A stretch of DNA of 54,703 nt. Source: Clostridia bacterium (GTDB lineage Bacteria; Bacillota; Clostridia; Oscillospirales; Acutalibacteraceae). Positions 19,194-28,922 of this stretch are shown here, piece by piece. The position numbers were made by a program, and so were the translations under genes. The stretch covers positions 1-54,703 of the forward strand of contig JAFSIJ010000043.1 in assembly GCA_017439845.1 (NCBI GenBank). The letters run 5' to 3'. The notes under the pieces were generated by a model, which had not been told where the DNA came from, did not search any database, and saw only the letters and a program-made list of their open reading frames with translations. The first letter of the stretch is position 1, and each line of letters starts with the position of its first letter.

Positions 19194-20346
19194 ATCAACC
19201 AAGCTTGCCTGTTATGTCGGTTATGTCGTTCAGGCGGTGATAAATAACTTCCTGCCCATTCTCTTTATTGTGCTTAATGAAAACTATGGGCTCAACTATG
19301 AAATGCTCGGCAGAATCATCCTTGTTAATTTTGGTGTTCAGTTTTTAACCGATGCCCTAACCCCTAAAATCGTTCAGTTTTTTGGTTATAGAAGGTCAAT
19401 GGTGTTTAGCCAAATAGGTGCGGCAACAGGCCTTGTATTACTCGCTATATTGCCGCAAATTATACCGAACACTTTTGTTGCAATAAATATTTCGGTTTGC
19501 ATCTATGCAGTCGGAAGCGGACTTCTCGAGGTGTTGGTAAGCCCACTTATTGAAGCTTTGCCAACAACTAATAAGGGCGCTAATATGTCCTTCCTTCATT
19601 CCTTTTATTGTTGGGGTCAGGTGTTCACAGTTATTGTAACAACCCTTATGGTAAAGGTTTTTGGCTTCGCTAATTGGCAGTTTATTCCGCTCGTTTGGGC
19701 GATCATTCCTTTCTTTAACGGCTTTGCGTTTGTTAAGGTGCCGATTATCGAGCCGATAAGCGCCGAGGAAAGTGAACCGGTATCCAAGCTTATAAAGGGT
19801 AAAACCTTTATCGGTATGATGATAATGATGTTTTGTGCAGGGGCAAGCGAAATCGCTATGGCGGAATGGGCATCAATGTTCGCTCAACAGGGGCTCGGTG
19901 TTAGCAAGGTTATCGGTGACCTCGCAGGTCCTTGCGCTTTTGCGGCTTTAATGGGAATGGGAAGAATAACCCATGCCGCAGTTGCAGATAAAATCCCCTT
20001 TAAAAAGATTCTTGTTTGGATGAGTGCCGCGTGTATTGTGTGCTATCTCGTAACAGGTAGCGCGGCTTCCCCCGTTATAAGTCTTATATTTTGTGCTATT
20101 TGCGGATTTACTGTTGCATCCTTTTGGCCGGGGCTTTATTCGCAGGCGGCGGCAACCTTCCCGCGTGGCGGAACTGCAATGTTCAGCGTTTTTGCCCTCT
20201 GCGGCGACCTTGGTTGTTCGGTTGGCCCTTGGTTTTTAGGTGTTATTGCTGATGCAACAAGTCTTAGCATAGGCTTTCTTTCCTGCACAGTTTTCCCAGT
20301 AGCGATGCTTATAACCGCACTATTAGTCTTGCCTTCAAAAAAGTAA
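19180..20346 (+). CDS. MFS-type transporter
   Basis: About 12 predicted hydrophobic helices. ATG 19180 follows GGAGAAGGAAA and overlaps the HAD gene end. Substrate unknown. Confidence 0.65.
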   Translation: MPNYKSTKLACYVGYVVQAVINNFLPILFIVLNENYGLNYEMLGRIILVNFGVQFLTDALTPKIVQFFGYRRSMVFSQIGAATGLVLLAILPQIIPNTFVAINISVCIYAVGSGLLEVLVSPLIEALPTTNKGANMSFLHSFYCWGQVFTVIVTTLMVKVFGFANWQFIPLVWAIIPFFNGFAFVKVPIIEPISAEESEPVSKLIKGKTFIGMMIMMFCAGASEIAMAEWASMFAQQGLGVSKVIGDLAGPCAFAALMGMGRITHAAVADKIPFKKILVWMSAACIVCYLVTGSAASPVISLIFCAICGFTVASFWPGLYSQAAATFPRGGTAMFSVFALCGDLGCSVGPWFLGVIADATSLSIGFLSCTVFPVAMLITALLVLPSKK

Positions 20347-20375
20347 TTGCAAACTTATAGAATGTATGTTACTAT
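20347..20375 (+). promoter_or_regulatory. Sigma-A-type promoter
   Basis: TTGCAA (20347-20352), 17-nt spacer, TACTAT (20370-20375). Confidence 0.5.
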
Positions 20376-20390
20376 ATACTTTGTTAGGAT

Positions 20391-20879
20391 GTGAAAAATA
20401 TGAAAAGAGCAGAATATTTAAGCTGGGATGAATATTTTATGGGTATTGCCTTGCTTTCATCAATGAGAAGTAAGGACCCTTCAACTCAGGTTGGCGCTTG
20501 TATTGTTAATAGTGAAAAAAGAATTCTTTCGATGGGATATAACGGAATGCCGCATTGCTGTGATGATGATGTTTATCCTTGGGATAGGCAGGGAAACCCA
20601 TTAGATTCAAAATATTTGTATGTTTGCCATGCCGAGCTCAACGCAATTCTTAATTGCAGTACAGGTAAGGTTAGAGGCTGCACGGTTTACACAACGCTTT
20701 TCCCCTGTAACGAATGTGCAAAGGCAATTATTCAGTCGGGAATAACCGAGGTTGTTTATATGAGCGATAAATATGCCGATACCGATAGCACAATAGCTGC
20801 TAAAAGAATGTTCGATTCGGCAGGTGTTAAATACCGCGAGTATAACATGACTAATAAGAATATAGAACTGAAATTATAA
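20391..20879 (+). CDS. comEB: dCMP deaminase (ComEB-type cytidine/deoxycytidylate deaminase)
   Basis: Zinc-binding motifs HAELNAI and PCNECAK. Start could be GTG 20391 or ATG 20400. Confidence 0.85.
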   Translation: MKNMKRAEYLSWDEYFMGIALLSSMRSKDPSTQVGACIVNSEKRILSMGYNGMPHCCDDDVYPWDRQGNPLDSKYLYVCHAELNAILNCSTGKVRGCTVYTTLFPCNECAKAIIQSGITEVVYMSDKYADTDSTIAAKRMFDSAGVKYREYNMTNKNIELKL

Positions 20880-20886
20880 AATTAAA

Positions 20887-20925
20887 ACTCCGTGATGAAT
20901 TTTCATCACGGAGTTTATTATTTTA
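20887..20925 (+). terminator. Rho-independent terminator
   Basis: ACTCCGTGATGA / TCATCACGGAGT 12-bp stem followed by a T-rich tract. Confidence 0.8.
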
Positions 20926-20930
20926 AAAAA

Positions 20931-20999
20931 AGTACTTGACAACAGGAAAATGATGGTGTACTATATAACTGTACTAACCGAACTAATACAGTGAGTACA
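20931..20999 (+). promoter_or_regulatory. Promoter plus candidate YtrA-type operator
   Basis: Promoter is TTGACA (20936-20941), 17-nt spacer, TACTAT (20959-20964). GTAC-core repeats: AGTACT at 20931, TGTACTA at 20957 and 20970, and an inverted GAGTACA at 20993. Confidence 0.55.
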
Positions 21000-21013
21000 A
21001 AAGGAGGGATTTC

Positions 21014-21379
21014 GTGATTCAGTTAGATTATAAGAGCGGTATACCCATTTATGACCAACTGATAAACGGGATAATAAGACTTAAAATGCTTGGCGCCTTA
21101 AAGGGAGGGGACGCCCTTCCAAGTGTTCGCACCCTTGCATCCAGCTTGGGCATAAACCCCAACACTGTTCAAAAGGCTTACGCTATTCTTGAAGAAAGGG
21201 GCGTTATTTATTCGGTTTCGGGTAAAGGCTCCTTTGTTTCGGATGATAATGAGTCGGATAAGGCAGTAAGGGATATTGCGCTCACCGAGTTTAAGAAGGC
21301 TGTTTTGGATGCAAAGCATAAGGGGCTTAAGATAGAGGAGCTTATAAAATGCGTTGAAGAAATGGAGGAAGACCTATGA
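21014..21379 (+). CDS. GntR-family transcriptional regulator, short YtrA subfamily
   Basis: 121 aa. Winged-HTH region (LPSVRTLASSLGINPNTVQKAY) with a short C-terminal tail. Followed by ABC genes, as in ytrA operons. Confidence 0.85.
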   Translation: MIQLDYKSGIPIYDQLINGIIRLKMLGALKGGDALPSVRTLASSLGINPNTVQKAYAILEERGVIYSVSGKGSFVSDDNESDKAVRDIALTEFKKAVLDAKHKGLKIEELIKCVEEMEEDL

Positions 21380-22272
21380 TTGAAGGAATTAACCTTATAA
21401 AGAGCTTTGAAACAAAGAATGCTCTTGATGGTATCAATATTGAAATAAAGGATGGCTCGGTTTATGGGCTTGTCGGCTCAAACGGTTCGGGTAAATCAAC
21501 ACTTCTCCGTATGATTTCAGGTGTTTATAGCGCCGATGGCGGAGAGATACTGGTTGATGGAAAAAATCCTTTTAACAACACCGAAATTAAATCGCAAATT
21601 TGTTATTTGCCTGATATTCCGTTTTTTATCCATCAGTCAAACATTGATGAAATGGCAAAGTATTATGCTATGATGTATAGCACCTTTGATAAAGAGCGTT
21701 TTGAGTTTTTATCAAGTGTTTTTCCGCTTGATAGAAAAGCTCGAATTCAAACAATGTCAAAAGGTATGCAGCGTCAGGCGGCACTGATGCTATGCCTTTC
21801 GGTAAGACCGAAATATCTGCTTTTAGATGAAGCCTTTGATGGACTTGACCCCGTTATGAGAAAGGTTTTAAAATCACTTCTTGCTGAGGGTGTTTCGGAT
21901 GGAATGACCGTTATAATAGCATCGCATAATTTGGGCGACCTTGAAAGCCTTTGTGATAGCGTTGGTCTTTTGCATAATGGAAAGGTTGTATTCAGCGAAA
22001 GTATTGATAGCTTAAAAAACAGCGTTCATAAGGTTCAGGCGGCATTTAGTTCTGTTCCCGATTTATCGGTGTTTGAAAAAATAAATCCCATAAAATGTGA
22101 AAAGTCGGGCTCACTCGTTCAGCTTGTTGCCAAGGGAGAAAGAAAGGAAATATTAGATTTTATCAATTCTCTTTTGCCAATTTTTGCCGAGTGTGTAACC
22201 CCCGACCTTGAGGAAATATTTATCTATGAATTGGAGGAAAAAGGCTATGACTTTGAAGAATTGCTTAAATAA
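21376..22272 (+). CDS. ABC transporter ATP-binding protein
   Basis: Walker A GSNGSGKST, signature MSKGMQRQ, Walker B LLLDEAFDGLD. Four-nt overlap with the regulator gene. Confidence 0.9.
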   Translation: MIEGINLIKSFETKNALDGINIEIKDGSVYGLVGSNGSGKSTLLRMISGVYSADGGEILVDGKNPFNNTEIKSQICYLPDIPFFIHQSNIDEMAKYYAMMYSTFDKERFEFLSSVFPLDRKARIQTMSKGMQRQAALMLCLSVRPKYLLLDEAFDGLDPVMRKVLKSLLAEGVSDGMTVIIASHNLGDLESLCDSVGLLHNGKVVFSESIDSLKNSVHKVQAAFSSVPDLSVFEKINPIKCEKSGSLVQLVAKGERKEILDFINSLLPIFAECVTPDLEEIFIYELEEKGYDFEELLK

Positions 22273-23965
22273 ACATAACCCCTTTTTAAACCTTTTAGGC
22301 TTCACCTTCAAGAAAAATTTAGGGTTTACGATTATAGCAACCATCATAACCTTAATTTTTTCTCCCGGTTTTATATGGAGTTTCACAAAAGACTTTGCAG
22401 ATTTCAGTACGACCTACGAATTAACGCAGGATATGTCGGTTGTTTCGGGAGTTATGGCGGTTGCCTGCACTGCATTTTGCATATTGCTCTTGATAATTAA
22501 CTTTGGCTATCTTTACAGCAAAAAAGGAACCGATGCCTATCATGCGTTGCCGCTCACGAGAATAGAGCTTTTCTGCGCAAGGTTTATCCCTGCCTATGTT
22601 TCTTCGCTCGTTCCTCTGATTGCCGCTTATCTCGGAGTTATAGCCTTAGGCAAGCTGCCATACATTGATTTAGATGTGGCATATATTATCCCTGCACTTA
22701 TCTTCACCGCATTTATGATATTGATGCTCTCACTCTTTACTATGGTTTTCATCATTTCGGCAGGCGCAGTTTTTGATGCAGTTGTTTCGATTGCGGCGAT
22801 AAATATTGGAATTCCTGTTATAATAATTTTTATACTTGAGGTTTGCAACAATAGTCTTTTCGGCTATGCAAATTCGATAGGAAACGAGCCCTTTATCTAT
22901 GGAACACCCTTCGGCTTTGCGATGTATAAGCTAATAACATATTGCGAAAATTATGGATATAACGAGGTAAAGCTTTTCCCGATAGTTCAAACGATTATAT
23001 TAGTTATATTAACTGTGTTGCTTGCCGCTCTTTGCTTATGGCTTTATAACAAACGCAAGAGTGAAAAAGCGGAAGAGGCTTATGCCTTCTCCTATATGCC
23101 GATGCTGATTTCCGTGATTATCGGCTTTATCGGTTGCTATTGCTTGGGCTTTATATTCTCGCAGGGAACGGTTTCTTCAATAGCCTTTTGGATTATGGGA
23201 GCAGTTGGCACTGCACTTGCGATTATCATTTATAGTCTTATTTCAAACAGAGGCTTTAAAAAGCTAAAGCAGGCGCTTTGGCTATCCCTTATAACCTTTG
23301 TTTTGTTTGTCGCTGTTAATGTTGGAATTTCGCTTGATATTTTTGGTTATGGAAGCTATATTCCAAAGGTAAATGAAGTTAAAAATGTTAATGTAAATGT
23401 TGTGCAATATGCTTCAACCGAGGAAAAAGCGGGAATTGAAAAGGTTATGGCACTTCATTCCGAAATAATCAAAAATAAAGATAAAGCGAATGATTATGAT
23501 CATTATGAGAATTATGATTATATAAAAATTATCTATACTCTTAAAAATGGCGAGATAGTTGAGCGCGGATATAGTATGCCTTCGGTTGTCGGCAAGGATA
23601 AAAAGAAGGATATTATAGAATATGTAACTGTTCCGTTTATAAAGAAAACCTTCGAAGAATTTAAAGATACTTCCTTTGTTTTAGAAGGATATTACGGAGA
23701 AAATAAAGAGAACTATGGCTCGGTTAGATTATCAAAAGAGAAAACGAGCAAGCTAATTGCTGCATACTGTGATTATCTAAAGAAAACAGATGAGAAAATC
23801 TTTAGCGGTTGGGAATATAATGCATATCTTTATACAGGATATGGTGAAAATCAGTATTGGCAGGAAATTGCATATAATAGCGATGCTGTTGAGCTTATAA
23901 AGCTTTTAGAAAAGACAGTTAACGAAGCTGAAAAAATTGAAGAATCGGTAAAGGTAGTAGGATGA
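22247..23965 (+). CDS. Polytopic membrane protein, putative ABC-2-type permease partner with a large C-terminal extracytoplasmic domain
   Basis: Multiple hydrophobic helices then a ~200-aa soluble tail. ATG 22247 follows GGAGGAAAAAGG. Assigned by operon context only. Confidence 0.55.
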   Translation: MTLKNCLNKHNPFLNLLGFTFKKNLGFTIIATIITLIFSPGFIWSFTKDFADFSTTYELTQDMSVVSGVMAVACTAFCILLLIINFGYLYSKKGTDAYHALPLTRIELFCARFIPAYVSSLVPLIAAYLGVIALGKLPYIDLDVAYIIPALIFTAFMILMLSLFTMVFIISAGAVFDAVVSIAAINIGIPVIIIFILEVCNNSLFGYANSIGNEPFIYGTPFGFAMYKLITYCENYGYNEVKLFPIVQTIILVILTVLLAALCLWLYNKRKSEKAEEAYAFSYMPMLISVIIGFIGCYCLGFIFSQGTVSSIAFWIMGAVGTALAIIIYSLISNRGFKKLKQALWLSLITFVLFVAVNVGISLDIFGYGSYIPKVNEVKNVNVNVVQYASTEEKAGIEKVMALHSEIIKNKDKANDYDHYENYDYIKIIYTLKNGEIVERGYSMPSVVGKDKKKDIIEYVTVPFIKKTFEEFKDTSFVLEGYYGENKENYGSVRLSKEKTSKLIAAYCDYLKKTDEKIFSGWEYNAYLYTGYGENQYWQEIAYNSDAVELIKLLEKTVNEAEKIEESVKVVG

Positions 23966-24150
23966 AAAAGGTCTTAGTTTATATTGGTTCCTTGATAGGT
24001 TGTATCGCCTTCACCTTTTTGATGTTTTCACTTGCAGGTTGGTATGATATAGGTGTGCCGCCGATAGTCACAGCGTTAAGATTTATCGTTATAACGCTTT
24101 TGATTTATGCGATAGGCTTTGAAATAGTTTTACTACTTAAAAATAAATAA
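23962..24150 (+). CDS. Small two-helix membrane protein
   Basis: 62 aa with two hydrophobic helices. ATGA overlap with the upstream gene suggests translational coupling. Confidence 0.45.
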   Translation: MKKVLVYIGSLIGCIAFTFLMFSLAGWYDIGVPPIVTALRFIVITLLIYAIGFEIVLLLKNK

Positions 24151-24157
24151 AGAAACA

Positions 24158-24191
24158 ATCGGGTACAATAAGTGTATCCGATTTTTCTTTT
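24158..24191 (+). terminator. Rho-independent terminator
   Basis: ATCGGGTACA / TGTATCCGAT stem (one G-T pair) followed by TTTTCTTTT. Confidence 0.75.
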
Positions 24192-24202
24192 GAGGTGGTA
24201 TT

Positions 24203-25060
24203 TTGAAAAAAAGCAAAGCGCTGATTTTCTTTTTTGATTTTTTAGGATATTTTATCGGTTGTCTTATCTATTCGGCGGCGGTCACAATGCTTATTTCACC
24301 TAATGAGATTTCTCCGGGTGGTGTAACGGGTATTTCAACTGTTTTAAATTATGCAATAGGTGTGCCAACAGGTGTTGCGTTGCTCGTTATCAACATTCCG
24401 ATTATAATAATCGGCTTTATAAAATTTGGGGCTGTGTTTATTGCTAAAAGCGCAGTCGCAACGGTTATGGTATCTATAACACTTGAATTTTGTGAAGTGT
24501 TGCTCCCGGTTTTTCATATTGATAAAATTTTAGCCGCCCTTTTTGGTGGAATCCTTATGGGGTTGGGGCTTAGTATTGTTATGCTCAGGGGCGCCACAAC
24601 GGGCGGCGTTGAAATAATTGCAAAGCTAATCAATAAAAGATATCACCACATAACTATGGGTAGAGTAATTCTGATTTCTGATGCCCTTGTTATCGCGCTT
24701 GCCGCATTTGTTTATAAAAATATTGAAAGTGCGCTTTATTCAAGTCTTGCGGTTTTCGCAACCTCCTATATAATCGATATTTTGCTCTATGGCTCTGATA
24801 AAGGAAAAATAGTTTATATTATAACTGAAAACTATAAAGAGCTGTGTGGGGAAATAACAACAACGCTCAAAAGGGGAGTAACGGTTATTGAAACCAAGGG
24901 CGGATATACAGGGGAAAGCAGAAAAATGCTTATGTGTGTTGTCAGAAGAAGTGAGGTTTCTTTGCTTTATAGAATAACAAGACAGGTTGATGATAAAGCC
25001 TTTGTTGTTGCAGGAGAAGCGGGCGCAGTTTTTGGCGAGGGCTTTAAGAATATCTCGTGA
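24203..25060 (+). CDS. YitT-family membrane protein (DUF2179 C-terminal domain)
   Basis: TTG start. Five to six hydrophobic helices followed by a soluble ~80-aa DUF2179-like tail (GVTVIETKGGYTGE). Confidence 0.75.
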   Translation: MKKSKALIFFFDFLGYFIGCLIYSAAVTMLISPNEISPGGVTGISTVLNYAIGVPTGVALLVINIPIIIIGFIKFGAVFIAKSAVATVMVSITLEFCEVLLPVFHIDKILAALFGGILMGLGLSIVMLRGATTGGVEIIAKLINKRYHHITMGRVILISDALVIALAAFVYKNIESALYSSLAVFATSYIIDILLYGSDKGKIVYIITENYKELCGEITTTLKRGVTVIETKGGYTGESRKMLMCVVRRSEVSLLYRITRQVDDKAFVVAGEAGAVFGEGFKNIS

Positions 25061-25137
25061 AGTTCCTATTGATTTTCGGTTTGTGTTCATAGTATAATAA
25101 TATTAGATTTTAACATTATAAAAGGAGAATATGACTT

Positions 25138-25578
25138 ATGGTAAAAGTAAAGGTTAAAAAGTTAAGAGAAGATGCAATTATTCCAACCTACGGTTCCAAA
25201 AGTGCCGCAGGTGCGGATTTATATGCCTGCACTGATGGCGAAACTATTATGATTGATGCCGACCAAACCGTTATCGTTCACACAGGCCTTTCCCTCGAAA
25301 TTCCCGATGGATATGTGGGATATATTTATGCGAGAAGCGGCCTTGCAACAAAAAGTGGCTTGGCTCCTGCAAATAAGGTTGGAGTGATTGACAGTGATTA
25401 TAGAGGCGAAATTATGGTTGCACTTCACAACCATTCGGGCACACCACAGGAAATCAGAGATAATGAGAGAGTAGCACAGCTTGTAATAGCCCCCGTTCTT
25501 ACAGCCCTTTTTGAAGAGGCGGATGAGCTTTCCGATACCGCTCGCGGTGAGGGTGGCTTCGGCTCAACAGGTAAGTAA
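25138..25578 (+). CDS. dut: dUTP diphosphatase
   Basis: Motifs AAGADL, ARSGLA, GVIDSDYRGE and GGFGSTG. Confidence 0.9.
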   Translation: MVKVKVKKLREDAIIPTYGSKSAAGADLYACTDGETIMIDADQTVIVHTGLSLEIPDGYVGYIYARSGLATKSGLAPANKVGVIDSDYRGEIMVALHNHSGTPQEIRDNERVAQLVIAPVLTALFEEADELSDTARGEGGFGSTGK

Positions 25579-25591
25579 TAAGGAGAAAAAT

Positions 25592-26572
25592 ATGGCAAAA
25601 TTGATTTACCCTATAAATGAGGAAATAATTCCCATTTTAAACGATTTGCAAAGAAAATTTGTGAACGAAGATGAGCACGAGTATAATCACAATATGATTA
25701 ACTGGGCACATCTTGAAAAATATAAGGAACAGGATGATACATTCCCCATTCTTAACACTTTTAGGTTTGAGAGTGAAAAAGAAGAGAATGTTATTGAGAT
25801 AAGCGAAGATGCGGCATTTTCTAACCTGAGAAAAATTGAGGTTTCGGGCAACAGTGCCGAAATTCACAACTTCAAGGCAAACACTACATATTATTGGCGA
25901 GTAAACGGCGGCGAAGCAGGCTGCTTTAAAACCGAGGATGTCGCTCCCGTATTTTATGAGGTCGATGGTGTCACCAATGTCCGTGATGCAGGAAATTGGA
26001 AAACTAAATATGGCTGCCGCATAAAGCAAGGGCTCCTTTTCAGAGGCGGAGAGATGAATATTCATCACGATATAACCGAAAAGGGAATTGATGTGATGAG
26101 AAACATCTTGAAGATAAAAACCGACCTTGACCTTCGCGGTGAAGCAAAACAATTCCCCCATTCGCCAATAGGAGAAGATATTCAGTTCAATATTATCCCC
26201 GCAGGGCCTTATGCTATTTTTATGCAGAACAAGGAAACCTGCAAAGAGCTTTTTGATTTCTTTGCGGATGAAAGCAACTATCCTATTTATTATCATTGCT
26301 GGGGCGGAGCCGATAGAACAGGAACAATAGCCTGCCTGCTCGGTGTTGCGCTCGGTATGTGCGAAAAGGATACCCTTCTCGATTATGAAATAACTTCGCT
26401 TTCGGTTTGGGGAGAAAGAAATCGGGTTAGCGACCTTTATCAAGGCTTCCTTGCAGAACTTCAAAAATATGATGGCGAAACCTTCGAGGAGAGAGTTATG
26501 AGCTTTATTTATTCCTGCGGCATAACCGAAGAACAGCTTGATAAAATAAGAAATATTTTGCTTGATAGATAA
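25592..26572 (+). CDS. Protein-tyrosine-phosphatase-like protein (Y_phosphatase3-type)
   Basis: Active-site loop HCWGGADRTG (CX5R). ATG 25592 follows AAGGAGAAAAAT. The ORF extension back to 25511 overlaps dut. Confidence 0.7.
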   Translation: MAKLIYPINEEIIPILNDLQRKFVNEDEHEYNHNMINWAHLEKYKEQDDTFPILNTFRFESEKEENVIEISEDAAFSNLRKIEVSGNSAEIHNFKANTTYYWRVNGGEAGCFKTEDVAPVFYEVDGVTNVRDAGNWKTKYGCRIKQGLLFRGGEMNIHHDITEKGIDVMRNILKIKTDLDLRGEAKQFPHSPIGEDIQFNIIPAGPYAIFMQNKETCKELFDFFADESNYPIYYHCWGGADRTGTIACLLGVALGMCEKDTLLDYEITSLSVWGERNRVSDLYQGFLAELQKYDGETFEERVMSFIYSCGITEEQLDKIRNILLDR

Positions 26573-26573
26573 T

Positions 26574-26611
26574 AAAAAATTACGGATAGAACCTCTATCC
26601 GTAATTTTTTT
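26574..26611. terminator. Bidirectional terminator between convergent genes
   Basis: AAAAAATTACGGATAGA / TCTATCCGTAATTTTTT perfect stem, flanked by A-runs and T-runs. Confidence 0.85.
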
Positions 26612-26615
26612 ACTT

Positions 26616-28561
26616 TTACTTTATTGCTTTAGTTTCAATTTCGTTGACTGCTTTTGCGATGAATTCATCGATAGGCATAACTCCGAGGTCTCCGCCTTCG
26701 CCGCGCATTCTAACCGAAACAGTTCCGTTTTCAACCTCATTGTCACCCGCAACTAACATATAGGGCACCTTTTGAAGTCTTGCTTCGCGTATCTTATAAC
26801 CGATTTTTTCATTTCGGTCATCAAGCTCGACGCGCATACCCTTCGCCTCAAGCTTTGCTTTGATTTCATACATATAATCAAGATGTCTGTCAGCAATAGG
26901 CAAGAGCTTAACCTGTGTCGGAGCAAGCCACATCGGGAAAGCACCTGCATATTTCTCAATGAGAAGAGCAAGGGTTCTCTCATAGCAACCAATTGATGTT
27001 CTATGAATGATATAGGGGTTCTTCTTTGTTCCGTCGCGGTCAACATATTCCATACCAAACTTTTCAGCAAGCATCTGGTCAACCTGAATGGTGATAAGAG
27101 TATCCTCTTTTCCGTGAACATTGCGGATTTGGATATCAAGCTTCGGTCCGTAGAACGCCGCCTCACCGATACCAATTTTATAAGGTATCTCAAGGTGGTC
27201 AAGGATTCTTCCCATAATTCCCTGAGCCTCATCCCATTGCTCAGCAGTTCCTATATATTTATCCTTATCAGCAGGATCCCACTGTGAGAAGCGGTAGGAA
27301 ACATCCTCATAAAGACCTAGGGTTTTGAGCATATAAATTGCAAGCTCCAAGCAACCCTTAAATTCTTCCTCTAACTGTTCAGGGGTACACATTAAGTGGC
27401 CCTCGGAAATTGTGAACTGGCGAACACGAATAAGTCCGTGCATCTCGCCACTTTCCTCATTTCTAAATAGAGTAGAGGTCTCGTTATAGCGAAGTGGTAG
27501 GTCGCGGTATGAACGAGCGCGGTTGAGATACGCTTGATATTGGAAGGGGCAGGTCATTGGGCGAAGAGCAAAGCATTCCTTTGTTTCATCTGTCGGGTCA
27601 CCCAAAACAAACATACCATCAAGATAATGGTCCCAGTGGCCCGAAAGCTTGTAAAGGTCGCTCTTTGCCATATAGGGAGTCTTGGTTAAAAGCCATCCGC
27701 GTTTTGCCTCTTCATCCTCAACAAAGCGTTGGAGAAGCTGAATATCTTTGCTCCCTTTGGAAGCATAATCGGAAGACCTTGTCCAATAACATCAACGGTG
27801 GTGAAAAGCTCCATTTCACGACCGATTTTATTATGGTCGCGCTTCTTTGCTTCCTCAATTCTTGTCAGATGTTCTTCAAGCATTGAAGCCTTGGGGAATG
27901 CAGTTCCGTAAATGCGGCAAAGCATCTTATTATCGGAATTTCCTCTCCAATAAGCACCCGTTGCCGAGGTGAGCTTGAATGCCTTAACAGCGCCTGTGCT
28001 TAAAAGGTGTGCGCCTGCGCAAAGGTCGGTGAATTCGCCTTGCGAATAGAAAGAAATTTCTTCACCCTCGGGTAAGTCTTCAATAAGCTCAACCTTATAG
28101 GGTTCATCCTTCTCCTTGAAGAATTTTATTGCATCCTCGCGTGTCATAGTAAAGCGAGAAAGCTCAATATCCTCTTTAACGATTTTCTTCATTTCAGCCT
28201 CGATTTTAACAAGGTCATCGGGGGTGAACTTCTCATCGGTATCAAGGTCATAATAAAAACCATCATCAACTGCAGGGCCAATAGCGAGCTTAACATCAGG
28301 ATAAAGTCTTTTAACAGCCTGCGCTAATATATGCGATGCAGTGTGGCGGAATGTCCATTTACCATATTCATCATCAAATGTGAGAATTTCGAGAGCGCAG
28401 TCTTCGTTAAGTTTTGTGCGAAGGTCGGCATTCTCTCCGTTAATTCTTGCGGCACAAGCAACACGCGCAAGTCCCATACTGATTTGCTTTGCGGCATCAA
28501 TAACCGAAATACCCTTTTCGAGTTCCAGTATAGAGCCATCCTTTAAAGTTACCTTAATCAT
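26616..28561 (-). pseudogene. thrS: Threonine--tRNA ligase, reading frame broken by a 1-nt frameshift near 27741-27746
   Basis: ORF 27686-28573 gives the TGS, second-additional and start of the catalytic domains, ending ...LPIMLPKGAKI. The adjacent frame continues IQLLQRFVEDEEAKRGWLLTKTPYMAKSDLYKLSGHW into ORF 26616-27671 (class II core plus anticodon-binding domain). Adding one base restores about 648 aa. Confidence 0.85.
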
Positions 28562-28571
28562 ATTTACCTCC

Positions 28572-28800
28572 AAAAAAATAAACTCCGTCCCAAAAGGGAC
28601 GAAGCATTAAAAATCTCCGCGGTTCCACCCGAATTCCGTTTTATAAAAAACGACACTTTGGTTACTCTTAACGCGAGTAAAACGTCTGTGTTTGTTACCC
28701 ACAGCGCTCGAAGGTGGTCTTCATTCTTCCAAGGTCTGCGCGGCTTTCAGCCCATGACCGCGCTCTCTTAAAAACCTAAACGGAAAAACTACTGTTCTTC
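28572..28800 (-). promoter_or_regulatory. T-box riboswitch leader (threonine specifier, probable ACC) with terminator
   Basis: All read on the minus strand. AGAGAG box. Probable specifier ACC-A at about 28718-28715. T-box sequence AATTCGGGTGGAACCGCGG at about 28617-28635. Terminator CTTCGTCCC-TTTT-GGGACGGAG plus U-run at 28572-28604. Confidence 0.8.
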
Positions 28801-28819
28801 TCATAGCTTTTACCTATAC

Positions 28820-28848
28820 ATAATACAACCTGTGAGAATTTTTGTCAA
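28820..28848 (-). promoter_or_regulatory. Sigma-A-type promoter for the thrS leader
   Basis: Minus strand TTGACA (28848-28843), 17-nt spacer, TATTAT (28825-28820). Confidence 0.6.
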
Positions 28849-28882
28849 GTGCTATATTTATCTTTAAATCTTTCAAAAATTA

Positions 28883-28891
28883 TGATATAAT
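28883..28891 (+). promoter_or_regulatory. Extended -10 promoter element for mnmA
   Basis: TGaTATAAT at 28883-28891, divergent from the thrS promoter. Confidence 0.45.
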
Positions 28892-28922
28892 AGCCATAAC
28901 AATGTAAAAAAGGAGGGTTTTT

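Noticed and set aside
25637-26464. 275-aa minus-strand ORF.
   Set aside because: It is antisense to the + strand phosphatase gene, which carries a clear HCWGGADRTG active site. The antisense product has an Ile/Phe/Lys-rich composition typical of AT-rich antisense frames.
26616-28573. Two separate minus-strand genes (ORFs 26616-27671 and 27686-28573).
   Set aside because: The two translations are consecutive parts of one threonyl-tRNA synthetase, joined by a 1-nt frame change. The second ORF has no independent ribosome-binding site. Annotated as a single disrupted thrS.
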